A DNA stretch of 64,000 bases from the NCBI RefSeq assembly GCF_018350175.1, contig NC_058368.1:108378001-108442000 (forward strand), read 5' to 3'. This stretch comes from Felis catus (taxonomy: Eukaryota). This document shows positions 25,469-40,040 of this stretch, piece by piece. The notes beneath the pieces were generated by a model, which saw only the letters and a program-made list of their open reading frames with translations, was not told the DNA's origin and searched no databases. The translations under genes were made by a program, and so were the position numbers. Numbering within the stretch: position 1 is the stretch's first letter; each line of letters begins with the position of its first letter.

Positions 25469-28365
25469 GATATTAAGCTATGCAACATGTTTTGTTCTTG
25501 ACTACTTTTGACAAAGGTTTATCAAATTTATTACTCTGTTCTGAGAAACAACTTTTACTTGTATTGATTCTCTTTAAGTCTGATTTACATGTCACTGATT
25601 TTTTAATTTATCTTGTTTCTTGGCTTCTAATTTCTGTAGGTATAGTTTGCTGCTCTCTAATTTCTTGATGTGGATGCTTCATTGAGTCTCAGCCCTTCCT
25701 TACAGCATTAAGGCTTAAATTTCTCAGCTAAGATGCAAGACGAATTTCATACATTTTGATATATCATCTTCATTCAGCTCCAAATATTTTCTCATTTTCA
25801 TAGTGACTCTCTGACAAGTGATTTAAAGTATATTCCTGGGGGTGCCTGGGTAGCTCAGTTAGGCATCAGACTTCAGCTCAGGTCATGATATTGCGGTCCA
25901 TGGGTTCGAGCCCCAAGTTGGGTTCTGGGCTGACAGCTCAGAGCCTGGAGCCTGCTTTGGATTCTGTCTCTCTCTGTCTCTCTGCCTCCCCTCCTCACAC
26001 TCTGTCTCTCAAAAATAAATAAACGTTAAAAAAATAATAAAATAAAGTATACTCCTGAATTTCACAAGTTGCATTTTGTTCTAGTTGTTTTTGTAATTGG
26101 TTTTTAGATTAATTCCATGGTGGTCAAAAAACAAACTAAAAATTAAATTCTTTCCTGAGATTTATGTTCCAGAGGATAGCCACATTTAAAAATAATCCAT
26201 GTGCACTTGAAAAGTAGATGCATTCTGTTATTAATGTGTGTAATGTTCTCTATAGAACTATTGGGCAGAAGTTCAAATCCTCAAAATCCTTACTGATTCC
26301 TCATGCTTGCTTTATCACTTTTAGAGGGATGTTTAAATCTCTCACTATCCTTGTGGATTTGTCAAGTTTTCTTTTTACTGATGACCACTTTTTATATATC
26401 TTATAGCTGTGTAAATTAGGGATGTAAAAATCTAGGAGTGTTTAACCTTGATACATGTTTATCATTAGGAAATACTGTTTTTGCATTAAATAATGCTTCT
26501 TGCCTTAAAGTACACTTCGAGGATTGGAGACACACCAGCTCTTTCGGTTAATGCTTTTAAGACACAACTTCTTCCATATAATTGTTTAACCCTTGCTCTT
26601 TTTTTTTCCTCCTCCACTAATTCTCAGCCAGAAGACTGAGAAGTTCTGTTTCTTCTCAAACTTTATATTTACACTGCTATTTTTTTCAAGTGGCATATAA
26701 TTGTTTTAAAATTTTTAATCTGGGGCACCTGGGTGGCTTAGTTAGTTAAGGGTCTAACTCTTCATTCTGGCTCAGGTCATGAACTCACAGTTCCTGAGTT
26801 TGAGCCCTGCCTTGGGCTCTGCAATCACAGCATGGAGCCTACTTGGGATTCTCTATCTCCCACTCTCCGTCCTGCCCCCACTCACGTGCACGCACGCTCT
26901 CTCTCTCTCTCTCTCTCTCTCTAAATAAACTTAAAAAAATTAATCTGATAATTGCTTTTTTACTGGAATACTTATTTCATTTACATTTATTGTAATTTCT
27001 GATATACTTGAAGGGAAATCTAACATCTTATGTTCTTTGATCCTATTATGTTGTTTCTTCTCTCCTGTGTTTTATTTTCATTTATTATTCCATTTCTTTT
27101 TTTTTTTTTTTAAGTAGGTTTCATGCCTAACACAGAGCCCAATGTGGGGCCTGAACTCACAACCCTGAGATCAAGACCCAAGCTGAGATCAACAGCTGGA
27201 TGCATAAGCAAGTGGCCACCCAGGTGCCCTCCAATTCTCCTCCTATTAATTGTAAGCTGTATATTTAGATGACATATATGCTTGACTTATTAAAATCCAC
27301 TATTAGTATATTTACCACTTTCTAGAAAATGCAAACATCTTAGTATTCTTCACTCCATCCCTCCTTTTCTTATGTCGTGTGTTTAATGTGGAAAAGACAC
27401 TTAAAACTGGTTTCTGTAGTCAGTACACATATAAATTCTTTACACTGCCCTTATTTCTTTCTACCTATCTATGCTTCCATCTGTGATTCCCTCTTGCCTG
27501 AAAAACTCCCAGTTAGTAAACTGAGTGCCTGTCTACAGATGAAAATGTTCTTAGCTTTTGTTGGAAAATTGTTCAATCCTTAACAAACGTACCTTAAATT
27601 TTTGCTGTCAGTAGGTGTTTTACCAGTTGTGGTGGTTTAAAAGTAATGTATTTTCTTTTTATAACTCTGTTCTTGGTTTCCGGTTTTATTGTAATGTGCT
27701 TATGCCAAAGTTTCTTTGTATTTATCCTGCCTTGAGATTGTAGAGTTCTAAAATCTGTGAGTTGATTTCTTTTGATAGTTTTGGAAAATTCTCAGCCATT
27801 CTCTCTTCCATTACTTCTGTCATGTTTTCCTTCTATGAATCCAATTACTCATGTAAGACCTTTTCTATTGTCTCCTACACTCCATCATGTATTTTTAAAG
27901 TTTTTTCTTCAACTGTTCATTTTCTTCCTGCTTATAATTCAGTTCCCTAACCCACTACTCAGCCAAGTTTTATCTTCTGTAAAACTCACCTACTGAGTTA
28001 TTTTCATTTATAGATGTTTCTAGTTGTAGAAGTTGGAATTCATTCTTTCATTTTACAGTTTCTAACCTTCTAAAACTCTCCACTAAATCCTTGTAATACC
28101 CATCAGCTGTTTTAAAATCTGCATGTTACCTCTGATATTTGGATCTCCTGTGAATTTATTCCTTCTGCCCATTTTCCCTCTGGTTTCTCTATACTTTTTT
28201 GATGTACTCCACGGAGACTTTACCTATTTCATCAACTGTCAAATTGTTTCCCAAAGACAGTGCATCACTTTCTATTTCTACCAGCGATGTATGAGTGCTT
28301 GAATTTCTCTACACCCTTGCCAACTTATTATGGTCCACCTGTTCTCTTACTGTTCTTTTACTATC

Positions 28366-28824
28366 TGTGGGGAAACAAAGTCTTCCCTGAGCCTCTTGTG
28401 CTTCCACACATTTTGCTGCATTGGCCAAGAATGCAGAGTCCTAACCACTCATTAACTGGGCCATTTCTCAGAGCTGTGCTTGTAGTTAGCAATCCTGAAG
28501 GATGAGATAATGTTTCCTGCTGGGGGGAAAAAAAAAAAAAAAGCAGGCTGCTCACTATAAAAGCAGTCATCCCCCAAGCTCAGTGATTCTCAGTTGCGAT
28601 GCAAACCTACTATGTGTGTGGCATCAGTATAGGCCACCCAGCATTGCCTCTGTGGGACCTGGGAAGCTAGAGGAATCTAGAGAAATATGCTAATGATATG
28701 CTGCTTGCTAAACTACAAGTAAAAAAGTTCTCTGTTTCTGACCCACAAGTCTTAAGTCTTCTGCCAACATATATGAAATAAGTAAACTACCAGATTACAT
28801 AGTAATCAAATCCCACACGTGATA
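28366..28824 (+). mobile_element. Solo LTR (ERVL-type, subfamily uncertain)
   Basis: Starts TG. The 3' part aaagttctctgtttctgaccc...tcttctgcca..atgaaa resembles ERVL-type LTR ends. It is flanked by the direct repeat actatc (28360-28365 and 28825-28830). Confidence 0.6.
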
Positions 28825-29219
28825 ACTATCTAGTTTAGCATTTTTATTGCTATTTTAACACCCATTTTTATGCAATCAATAACATCAATAAAGCTTATTC
28901 TTTTTCCTATTTCACTCTCCCTTTTCCTTCATTTGTATTATTTCTATTCTATCACAACATATAAAACTGTAGTGTTTCCCTCACATCTCTACCTGTGTTT
29001 TAGTCTTACCAGTACATTTATATACTTTAAACATTCATCTTTGTTTCTTTTACTGAGGTTTTCCCAGTTATTTCTCAGGTGGATTAAATATCCTCTAGCA
29101 GATTCCTTAAAAACAGCTCATGGGTGTGTTCCCTAAGTTCTTCTATGTTGAAAACTGTTTTCCCCTAACCCTGATAAAGATAGTGTGGCTGATATAAAAT
29201 CATTAGTTCATACTTTCTT

Positions 29220-29420
29220 TTTAATTTTATTTACTTTTCTTATTAATGTCTGAATACTTCTATTTAGTTGTGTGTGTGTGTGTATGTGTGTGAGAGAGAC
29301 AGACAGACAGACAGAGAGAGAGAATCTGAAGCAGGCTCCAGGCTCCCTGCCCAAGAGAGAGAGATGAGAGAGACGAGAGAGAGAGAAAGAAAGAGAGACA
29401 GAATCCGAAGCAGGCTCCAG

Positions 29421-29488
<68 letters not shown>

Positions 29489-29625
29489 GAGACAGAGAGA
29501 GAGAGAGACAGAATCCGAAGCAGGCTGAAGGCTCCCTGCCCAATGCAGGGCTCAAACCCACGAACTATGAGATCATGACCTGAGCTGGAGTCGGATGCTA
29601 ACTGCCTGAGCCACCCAGGCACCCC
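29220..29625 (-). mobile_element. Composite CanSINE with a triplicated internal module and a long (GA)n
   Basis: agaatc(t/c)gaagcaggct occurs at about 29321, 29400 and 29510, separated by GA/GACA tracts. Confidence 0.8.
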
Positions 29626-30494
29626 TATACTTCCTTTTTTTTAAATGCTGCTGTACTGTCCCTTGTTTTGATTGTCCCAGTGGTATTTTAAATATTTGAA
29701 TCAGTTCAATTTGTTTGCCTTTGAAAGTTATGTGAGGTTTTTAACTGTAAGCTTCAAGGATTTTTTCTTTGAAATCAAATAGTTTTATCAGGAAATGTCC
29801 TGGAAATGGTAGTTATGGGCTCATTTCCCCAGTTCCCAGCAGACCCTTTACATGTATAGATCTGAATCTTTTTTAATTTCTAAAGAATTTTCATTAAGTA
29901 TTGTTTTAAATATAGTTGCTTTCCATGGATTTCTCTGTCTTGGAAGTGTTAAAATTATGAACATTATCCCTTCATTGCCTAACTTGAATTTTCACTATTT
30001 TCTCTGACACTTGTTCTATTCCAGCTTTGAGATACAATTCACATGTAAGATTGTTTAAATTCAGGGGTGCCTGGGTGGCATAGCTGGTTAAGCATCCGAC
30101 TCTCATCCTGGCTCAGATCATGATCCCACAGTCCGTGGGTTCAAGCCCCGCATCAGGCTCTTCGCTGATGGTGTGGAGCCTGCTTGGGATTCTCTCTCTT
30201 CTTCTCTCTGCCCCTCCCCTGCTTGTGCTCGCTCTCTCTCAAAATAAATATATAAGCTTAATAAAAAAAAAATTAAGATTGTGTAAATTTAAGGTATACA
30301 ATGTGCTGACTCAACACATTTATATGCGGAATGATTTATCATCATTGCCTTAGCTAACACCTCCATCACATAACTACCATTTCGTTTCTGGGGTGACAAA
30401 GTTTAAGATCTGCTCTCTCAGCAGCTTTCAAGTACATTAATACTTCTGACACCTTGTACTTCATTCTTTTTGTCATTTTCATTTAGTTTTTCCT

Positions 30495-31290
30495 TTTTTT
30501 TTTTTTTTAAGTATAGTTGACACACAAGGTTAGTTTCAGGTGCACAACACAGTCATTTGACAAGTTTATACATTATGCTATGCTCAGAGCTACCATCTGT
30601 CACCATACACATTATTACAATATCATTGACTACATTCCTTTCATTCCCATGACTTACTCATTTCATAACTGGAAGCCTCCATCTCACACTCCCCTCCTTC
30701 ACCCATTTTATCCACCTCCCACCCAGCTTCCCCTCTGGCAACCATCAGTCTGTTCTCCATATTAATAGGTCTGATTCTGCTTTTTCTTGTTTTTTTTTTT
30801 TTTTAACATTCCACATAGGTGAAATATGTTATTTGTCTTTTTCAGTCTGACTTATTTCCTTAAGCATAATATCCTCTAGGACCTTCCATGTTATCACAAA
30901 TGTCAAGATCTCATTCTTTTTATGGCTGAGTAATATTCCATTGCATATATACCATATCTTCCTTATCTATTTGCCTATAGACACTTAGGTTGCTTCCAAT
31001 TCTTGGGTACTGTAAATAGTGATGCAATAAACACAGGAGTGAATGTATCTTTTCAAACTAATGTTTTTGTTTTCTTTGCGGAAAAACCGACCAGTGGAGT
31101 TACTGGATCATATGGTACTACTTTTTAAAAATTTCTGAGGAACCTCCATGCTATTCTTCACACTGGCTGTAACAATTTACATTCCGACCAACAGTGTGTG
31201 AGGATTCCTTTTCTCTACATCCTCACTAACCTTTATTTCTTGCCTTTTTTGATAGGTATAACATGATATCTCACTGTAATTTTGATATGC
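30495..31290 (-). mobile_element. Carnivore-type L1 3' end with poly(A) tail
   Basis: Poly-T followed by aagtatagttgacac...gtttcaggtg, and classic L1 3' motifs (tttatggctgagtaatattccattg, aggaacctccatgct). Confidence 0.8.
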
Positions 31291-34200
31291 TCAATGTACC
31301 TTATTAAACTTTCATTTGAGTGTATTCTCCCTGAGGCATCCTTAATTTGTTTCTAAAATAATTTTTTCCTATATCTTCAATTCCTTTACTGATTTTATAC
31401 TCTTTGATTCTATTTTTCTTCTCATTTTCTTTTCTTGGTTTTTGAATTCCTGATTTTACGTTTTTAAAAAGTGTCCTCGAATGCTTGACTGAATATGTTT
31501 ATCTCTAAAGTATGGTCAATTTTCATCTGCATGGTTTTTTTCCTAGAATGGGGATAATTGGTATGTAATGAATCTGTTTCTCATTTTTTTGTAATAACTA
31601 TATGCATTTATTCACCTTCCCTTTTTATCTTTTTGTGATACTGGAATGTTTTACAAGATTCCTAGTTTAATACGAAATTATCAAACACTTTGAGGTCCAG
31701 GTATTTTAGGATACTTTTTCCTTTTGTTTTGCAGGGTGGGAGGTGGGGAAAGGCATCATAAGACTGTAATTTTGTGTTCCCTTTGTCTTGCAGAAACCTA
31801 AAATTTCCCAATGTGTTACTTTCTTCTTTAGCACTTAAATACCTTTGTCTTAACCCTGAAGATACACACTTAGAAGACGACTTTAGCAAATCATTTCATT
31901 TTAAATGACTTCCCTGTAATCCGTGTTCTGATCTATGACACACACACACACACACAATTTTACATTTTGTGTGGAGTTAGTCCTTCTGGCAGTGCAGGTT
32001 AACCTTAGTCCACTTGTTAGCTTCCATCTTGTGTGTTTTCTGCAAATCTGCTTGGTTGGCCTTTGCTCACCACAAAGCCTTGGATGGCTGAGGGTTGGGA
32101 AAAGACATAGAGTGGGAGAGATAACATGCTGAGAATTGGTGGGTTTTCTCCTTTTACTTACTATTACTTTTAAAATTTGTCATTCTCTGCTTCCAAGTTA
32201 TGCCATGAGCACGGTATATGTGTACAATTCTTTCACTCTTCTTGTAGTTCTGCATTGTATTTGGAGGAAATGTTGGGAGACACTTTGTTAACTGGTTATC
32301 ATTGTCTTCTGCTACCCAGAGGAGTGAGTTCTAAAACTTTTTAAAAAGGAACTAACAAATTCTAGAAAGCAATACAGGTTAAAAGTTAAATAATGTTCTC
32401 ATGGGGAAGGTCTTTCTAATAATAAGCATGACCCTAACCAGAAAGTTCTAGGAGGAAAAAACCTTTATAGATTAAAAAAAAAAAACCTGATGTAAAATTC
32501 ATTTTAACTTCAGTGAGAAAATGATATATTTACAACACTGTATAAGCAAAAGGGCTCATTCCTTAATAAAAAGCTCTTAATAAAAAATTTTTTTTAAATA
32601 AAAAGAAGAATCCAGGTAGGAAAATGGGCAAGACAGAATAACAGTAAGAAAAAAAAAATGCCCATAAATAGGTATATGAAAGTACGAACAAGTAAGCTGC
32701 AAGAGGGAGATTTCCTTATAATATGTCAGATTAAGAAGACTAACTTAACAGGTGATCAGGAAGATGTTCATTACCAGGCATTCCCAATCACTAGAGGAGT
32801 TACTCAAATTTGTACAAATATACAGTCAAACCATTTGAAAGAACTTATCAAAATAAGAAACATTTACTTCTATCATATTTGCAATTCTACCTTTAAGGAA
32901 TGCTAAATAATTTCATCTAAAAAATACAGAATACCAAAGATTTATACTGGTACAAAATAATTAATACATTTTTATATATCAAAAGATATAATATTGGGGC
33001 ACCAGGCTGGCTCAGTCAGTAGAGCATGCAACTTGATCTTGGGGTCGTGAGTTCAAGCCCCATGTTGGGCATGGTGCATACTTATAAAAAAAGATGTTGT
33101 CATGGTGATAAACCAAAAAAAAAAAAAATCAAGATTCATAGGACATTTTGATAAAATCCTTCAGAAATATCAGAAATAAAAATCTTAAAACTATTTTGTA
33201 TTATCTTCTCCTATAACTTATAAAGCATTTTTTTTTTTTATGCTGCTCATCAATGAAATGAGGTTTCGGAATTTAAAAATTACCAACCAATCAACAATCA
33301 ATAAATAAATATTTGATGTGATTTTTTGGTAATTTTTAAGATATTATATACACACAATTTTTTTTCTGAAACATCTTAGTATAAATTGACCCCAAAATAT
33401 GTCAATATATATTTCCTAAGAGCAAAGATTTTGTATCACACAACCCAAGTATATTTCTCAAAATCAGCAAATTCAGTATTATCTAATCCACAAGTCCATA
33501 TTCAATTTTCATCAATTGTGCCAAATGCATTTATAGCCACATTGCCCCTCTGTGTCCAAGATTTAATACAAGATCAGGCATTGTGTTTAGTAATGTGTCT
33601 TTTTTTGGTCTTTAATCTAGAATAATCCCTCAGTCTTTCTCTGTGTTTTTTGACACTGGAATGTTCAGAGTATAGGCCAGGCAATTGGTAGAATGTCTTC
33701 AATTTGTTTTGTCTGGTATTTTCTAATGACTACATTCAGGCATGCATTTCTGGCAGGAAATGCTCACAAATGTGATATTTTGTCCTTCTCAGTTCATCAT
33801 ATCAGGACTAGTATGTTATCAGCTTGTGCCCAGACTGATGGTGGTAGCAATGATATTCATTATAGGGGTATCCTCCATGTTACCCAATTAGAGATTTGGT
33901 AATTTTTCCCTTCATAAATGATTTGTGGAGAGATACGTTCAGATTATGTAAGTATTCTGGTTTCTCAAACATTAGCCCCAAGTCTTAGCATTCATTAGTG
34001 ATTTTCTAAAATCATTTTTTCTGTATTTATTAGTTCACATTACATTATCAGGGAGAACATCTCCCTCATTCATTCATCCATATCTGGAGAACTTATAAAT
34101 TCTTATGTTATATACAGGGGTATGATTAATTAATATGAATTTTTATGTAGATTCTCTAATTGTCCCAGATTTGGCAAACAGGAGTCCTTTTAATCTGGTT

Positions 34201-36068
34201 CCTCTGTCTTTTGCCAGGTTCCTATAATTCTCTGAGTATTTCCTTGCTTTTAGGATGGATGATTAAAATATTTTATACTTTGATATAGAGGTAAGTTATA
34301 AAGATTATACATGTGTAAAATCTCAACAACTTGTACACTTAAAATAGATGTATTTGTGCATATCACTCTAGCTAGCAGCACTGTGCACTGTCTCCAATGT
34401 TATGAGCAAGCAATCCTTAAACCACTCTGTGTAAATAAATATAATGATAATAGAAATCAAGTTTCTCACTGGTAGAAAAAGGAGGTACAAAAAAGCCAAG
34501 AGGAAAGGCCAGAATAAACTCTAGGTATCAAACACATATAGAAAGAAAGATATATGTACACGTAAGTGTGTGGGTATACATACACTCACAGATATATTTT
34601 CTAACTCTGTTTATTGAGAGGCCCTATAAGCAAAGAGGTGCTTGGAGCAATGAAAACAACTGGCAGCCACATCATGGCTTTAAATACTGTCCTCCAGTAA
34701 AAGCAAGCAGGTGTCCTTAGAGAAAAGGCTAACTTCAGATATGGGAAGAAAAAAGCTTTCCCTTTGACTTAAGGGAAAAATTAATTTAATAATATGAGTG
34801 ATTAATTTCTACGTTATTAGCTTAACATAGTGAACTAAATACTTAAAAATGGTTAAGATAGTAAATTTTGAGTATTTTACCACAATAGAACCAAACAACA
34901 ACAACAAAAAAATGCACATGAGAACACTGCAGTAAAAAGCACAATTCTTTCCTGATAAAGTAAAAGAAATACAAAATAGAGCAAATGACAAATCAGTGAG
35001 AAAACCAGTACTTCTTGAGCTAGTTTTCTTGCCATGTCCCTCAATACATTTATTTAAAAGGGAGAGTTCTGAGGCCTTACTAGATACACTATATATACCA
35101 ACACTTAAACATAAATACATAGTCCAAGCCTTGAGCAAACTTCAATGGACTTAACATTCACTGAATACTTACTATGCAAGCAGCACTCTGCAATCCTAAC
35201 AAAGACACAAACTAATTAAGACCTAATTTTTGTCTTTTAGGAGTTAAAATATGAAATTTAGGACAGTCAGTGCATGATAATGTAGGTGATGGAGTTTGTA
35301 GAAGACAAAACAGAAACTATTTGAAGATGTGCATGACAACAGCACCATGAAATGGTAAAATGGTTTAGTTTTGATGCCTGACAATAAAATCCTTCATTAA
35401 GAATGCAATCTCACTTATCAATAGTTTAAAATCAAATTAGATGACAGGATCATCTACATGAGATGCTAGGAGGACAATGAGTCGATCGAGGTCATCTCAG
35501 AACAGGTTAAAACAAAGCTGTGTTTTTGGTTCTTTTAATGCTTAGAAAACAAAATAAAGTTAGATTTTCTAACTTTACATCAACTACCTAGATTTCTTAG
35601 GAAAAAGGGTTATTCCTTAAATATACTCTAAGTAAAAATATTAAGATCTAAACCACTTACTTGGTTATAATTTTGTGTCTCTTTGTCTCTCTTTCCCTCA
35701 AGTCCAGCACACAGAGTGATGGATGTTAAAAGATTATTAACTAAATTGAATAGGAAAAGAGAAAACACTCGAAAAATCAGGGTGCCTTCATTTAAAATTT
35801 CTGGTAAAACTAGTAGAAGAAATCACCAAATTTGTAAATGTTGTATGTAACTGTATCATTTTCCAAATTTTCTCAAGGATCAGGAAAAACTTAAAGTAGA
35901 TAAAAACATATCAAATTTGGTATATAGGTCTGATGCTACTTAATATTTTAAATGTCACAGTAATGGAACCTCCTTCACTATTTAAAAGCTTACATTTAAA
36001 GTTGAAACTGAAGTATATAAAACAAAAAACAAAGAAAAAAACAATTCAGCATTCTTTAGAGTTCTTAC

Positions 36069-36138
36069 CACAATCATTTCTGAAGGCTCTAATACAAGAC
36101 AATCACATCCTCTTTTTCCTCCAAACTGCTTACCAAAA
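36069..36138 (-). CDS. RAPGEF6: RAPGEF6 coding exon (exon 5), 70 bp, phase 2-0: (S)FGKQFGGKRGCDCLVLEPSEMIV
   Basis: Lies within ORF 35982..36173. Boundaries are ttttttttatag|TTTTGGTAAG...ATGATTGTG|gtaaga. Confidence 0.96.
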
Positions 36139-37559
36139 CTATAAAAAAAAACAAAAAACAATTTCTTTAGCAAAGATTACAGATAAAATATATCATATAG
36201 GAAAAAAAAAACCCAAAATCCTAGATGTTAACCAAGAAATTGTAACCCTATCACATATGTGAATAAGATTTTCTTAAAAACAAAATCACCTTTCTTCTTG
36301 TTTACAGATATAAGTGATCTCAACAAAATTCTCTGTAAAAATTCTTTTAAAGTATCTGCCTTCAACTCGTCTCTAAAGCTAATCACAAAAGATACTTGCC
36401 TAATCTCAACTTTTGAATTTGGTATAATGTTGAATTAAAGTAAAAACACCTAATAAAAAATGAAGCCACCACTATAGAGTACTTTTATGAAAATAAATTA
36501 TTATAATATTTTGGGAGCAGTAATAAACAAAAGATACAAAGAACTTAGAAAATATAGCCACATTTAAATACACAAATAAATGTAGTAAGATAAAGAGGTG
36601 ATTTATTTTTCAAAAACAGTGTTGGGAGTCCATGGCTAGTTCTTTCATAAAAACTAAACTGATTTAGTTTTCAAAGAAAATACATTTCTACATTCTTTAC
36701 CTGGGAGAAAGATTTCTCAGCAAATCAAAAAAGCGAGCACTCATAAAGGAAAAACAATGTTTCCGTTTGAAAAGAGAAACTGATAATTTTAAAAAGTGGG
36801 GAGGAGGGAAGAGAATAAAATACTTGTTAATTATGTAAGAGACACAGTATTAACATACCTAATATGCAAACCACACTTAAAGAAAATTATAAAAGCAATC
36901 TAAAATATTACATCAATGAAAATTAAGTACCATGGCCAATTATAAATTATCTAAAATATTGCTCCAAAGTAACCAAATTAAAAAGTAACTCCACTAATCA
37001 TGCAAAATAGAAAATATCAAAAAGTAAACTTAATAAAGAAATACAGAAGTCCTTTATAAAACATTATGCAATTTTATAGACTGGAAACACAGATTGAATA
37101 AAGAAAGTGACCTATCATGTACTTTTATGAAAAATTCAGTATTATAAAATTTTTAATTCTCCACATAAAGTTATATACAAATAATGGTTCATAACAAAAT
37201 CCTAAGGTGCCTCCTTAGTGCACAGTAGGCATCACGTCAATCTTGCAACAAAATCTTAATATCTAATTACTTCTAAACATAAAGCTCACTTTTTTTTCTT
37301 AAGCAGAACAGTCTATTTTTTGTTTTTTTCCCCAAAACATCACCTAATCATCTTATGCATAAAATAATTAGAAGTAAATTTGTCAAAGTTTGCTTTTACT
37401 GAAGATAGAGAAACAGGGACTAGATTTATTCTCCCACCTGAAAAAAAAAAACTAAAACATCAGACAAAATATATAAAACATCAGTTTCAAGACACTGGAA
37501 AACAGAAAGAACAGGGCTGTGATCCCTAGAAGTGAAAATAAAAAAAACTTCATTTACGT

Positions 37560-40040
37560 ATGAGCACTAGATCAGAATTAGGAAATTTCCTTCTCTATGT
37601 CTAGTATGCTCAAAATTTTTATCATGAGGGGGAGCCTGAGTGGCTCAGTCGGCTGAGTGTCCGACTCTTGATTTTTGGCTCAGGTCACAAGCCCTGCATC
37701 GGACTCTGAGCTGATAGTGCAGAGCCTGCTTAGGATTCTCTCTCTCTCACTATGCCCCTCACCCGTTGGTACTCTCTTTCTCTCTCCAAATAAATAAATA
37801 AACTTAAAAAAAATTATCATGAACAGGTTTTTTTTCAAATTTTTTTTGTTTACTAAAAGGATATGGCTTTTGTCCTTTATTTTACTAACAGAGTATATTG
37901 TATTAATTGATTTATGGATAGTAAACCCTCTTGCATTCCCAAAATAAATCCACTTACTCAGTTTTTAATACTTTATTAATATATTCCTGGATTTGGTTTG
38001 CTGTTATCTTGTTAATGATTTCTGCATGTATGTTCATGAGAGATAACAATGTATAGTTTTCTTGTGATGTCTTTGTCTGGTGTGTCAGGATAATATTGGA
38101 CTCATAAAATAGGTTGTAAGCGCTCCCTCTTCCCCTATTTTCCAAAAGAGTTTGCATAGGATAATTAACAGTGCTTTCTTAAATACCTGAAAACATTTAG
38201 CACTAAAGCTCTTTGGGCCTAGGCTTTTCTATGTGGGCATAAGTGTAATGATCAATTTCTTTACTTTTTATAAGTATAATCAAAGTTTCTCTTACACTCT
38301 ATTTATGGCAATATATGTCTTTGTAAGATTTGCCCAATTTGTTATAAAGTGGCTCATAAAATTTTCTAATATTTTAATTTCTGTAGGATAATAATGTCTC
38401 TTCTTTCAAGCCTCATTTTGGTAATTTGTGTTTGAATGGTCAGTCTATCGCAAAGTTTATCAACTTTGTTGACCTTTTCAGTTCATTGATTTTCTCTATT
38501 GTTTTTATGGTTTTTATTCCAGTGATTGCTACTCAAGCTTTACCTCTTTTTCAAATTTACTTTGCTATTCTTATTCTTAAGATGGAAACTTAAGATGACT
38601 GAATTGAGACCATTTTTCTTTTCTCATGAAGGTGCTCCAAATTGAGTGCTGTGAATTTCCCTCCAGGAGGCTTTAAGTGAAACTCAGTATTTGACATGTG
38701 TTTGTTTTCATTCATTTCAAAACATTTTCTAATTTCCAATGTCAACTATTCTTTGACCTATGGGTCATTTATAAATATGTTGTTTAAATTCCCACATTTC
38801 TTTCTGGAATTGATTTATAATTTAATTCGAGGGGCACCTGGGTGGCTCAGTGGGTTAAGTGTTCGACTTCAGCTCAGGTCACGATCTCGCGGTCCGTGAG
38901 TTCGAGCCCCGCGTCAGGCTCTGGGCTGATGGCTCAGAGCCTGGAGCCTGCTTCCGATTCTGTGTCTCCCTCTCTCTCTGCCCCTCCCCCATTCATGCTC
39001 TGTCTCTCTCTGTCCCAAAAATAAATAAACATTAAAAAAAAAAAAATTTAATTCGAACATACTCAGAAAACAAACCCTGAATTATTTCACCCTTTTAAAA
39101 CTTACTGAGATTTGTTTGATAGCCTAGAATATGCTCTATCCTGGAGAATGATCTAGAAGTCTGGAAAAAAAAAAAAAAAACAATGTATCAAAGTGGTAAT
39201 TGTACCTCTCAAGCTAAATAGCTTTTCTAATTTTTCAATCTAGTGGTTCTACTGATTATAGACAGAGTTCTGAATCTCCAGCTGTAAGAGTTGAATTTCT
39301 AATGATCTTTTTAATTCTGTCAGTTTTTACTTCTTTTATTTTAGGGCTCCCATCAGAAAATATATAGATGGTAAAACCATTTTATGTTCCTAATATACTC
39401 ATCCTTTTAGCACTATGAAAATTTGCTCTTAGTCTCTAGTAATATTTTGGATTTTATAATTGATTTTGATTGATATTGATATGACCCCTCCAGTTCTCTT
39501 ATGAATATAATTTGCCTACTATATTCTTTTCCATCCTTTTACTACAAATGTATTTGTGCTTTGAACCTAAAGCATATAACTGTATCTTGGATTAGCAAAG
39601 AATCTGTTAATCTGTCCTTTAAGTGGAGTGCCTAGACCACAAGTATGAAATTACTGACATGGTTTTTCTACTTATTTTGTAAATGCCTCATCTTTTTTGT
39701 GCCTCTGCTTCTACATTATTGCCATCATTTCTATTAAACAAGTGTTTTCAGTGTACCATTTTAATTCCTGTGATGATTTTTAAATGCTTTTTTGTTGTTA
39801 AATTTTTTTTTTATTTTTCAAATGTCTATTTATTTTAGAGAGAGATAGAGCGCAAGCAGGGGAGGGGCAGAGAGAGAGGGAGATAGAATTGGAAGCAGGC
39901 TCCAGGCTCTGAAGTGTCAGCACAGAGCCCGACGTGGGGCTCGAACCCATGAACCATGAGATCATGACCTGAAATGAAGTCGGCCACTCAACCAACCCAG
40001 GTGCCCCTGCTGTTGTTAAATTCTTAATAGTTAATCTAGG
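37560..40040 (-). mobile_element. L1 ORF2 fragments (minus strand) with three SINE insertions
   Basis: ORF 37954..38157 contains FYESNIIL...ENY..SLMNI.AEIINK..ANQIQ, which is L1 ORF2-like. Confidence 0.75.
38831..39045 (+). mobile_element. Young CanSINE (SINEC_Fc-type)
   Basis: Near-consensus; TSD aatttaattcga. Confidence 0.9.

Larger units (their letters stand above)
22450..28250 (-). mobile_element. Fragmented old L1 interrupted by SINEs and the Tigger element
   Basis: T-rich antisense L1 motifs (tgctgggattctgatggggattgaa, atccatgtgcacttgaaaag, ttggaaaattctcagccatt); boundaries approximate. Confidence 0.55.

Noticed and set aside
32996..33092. tRNA-like sequence with A/B boxes
   Set aside because: This is the tRNA-derived head of a short CanSINE followed by an A tail, not a tRNA gene.
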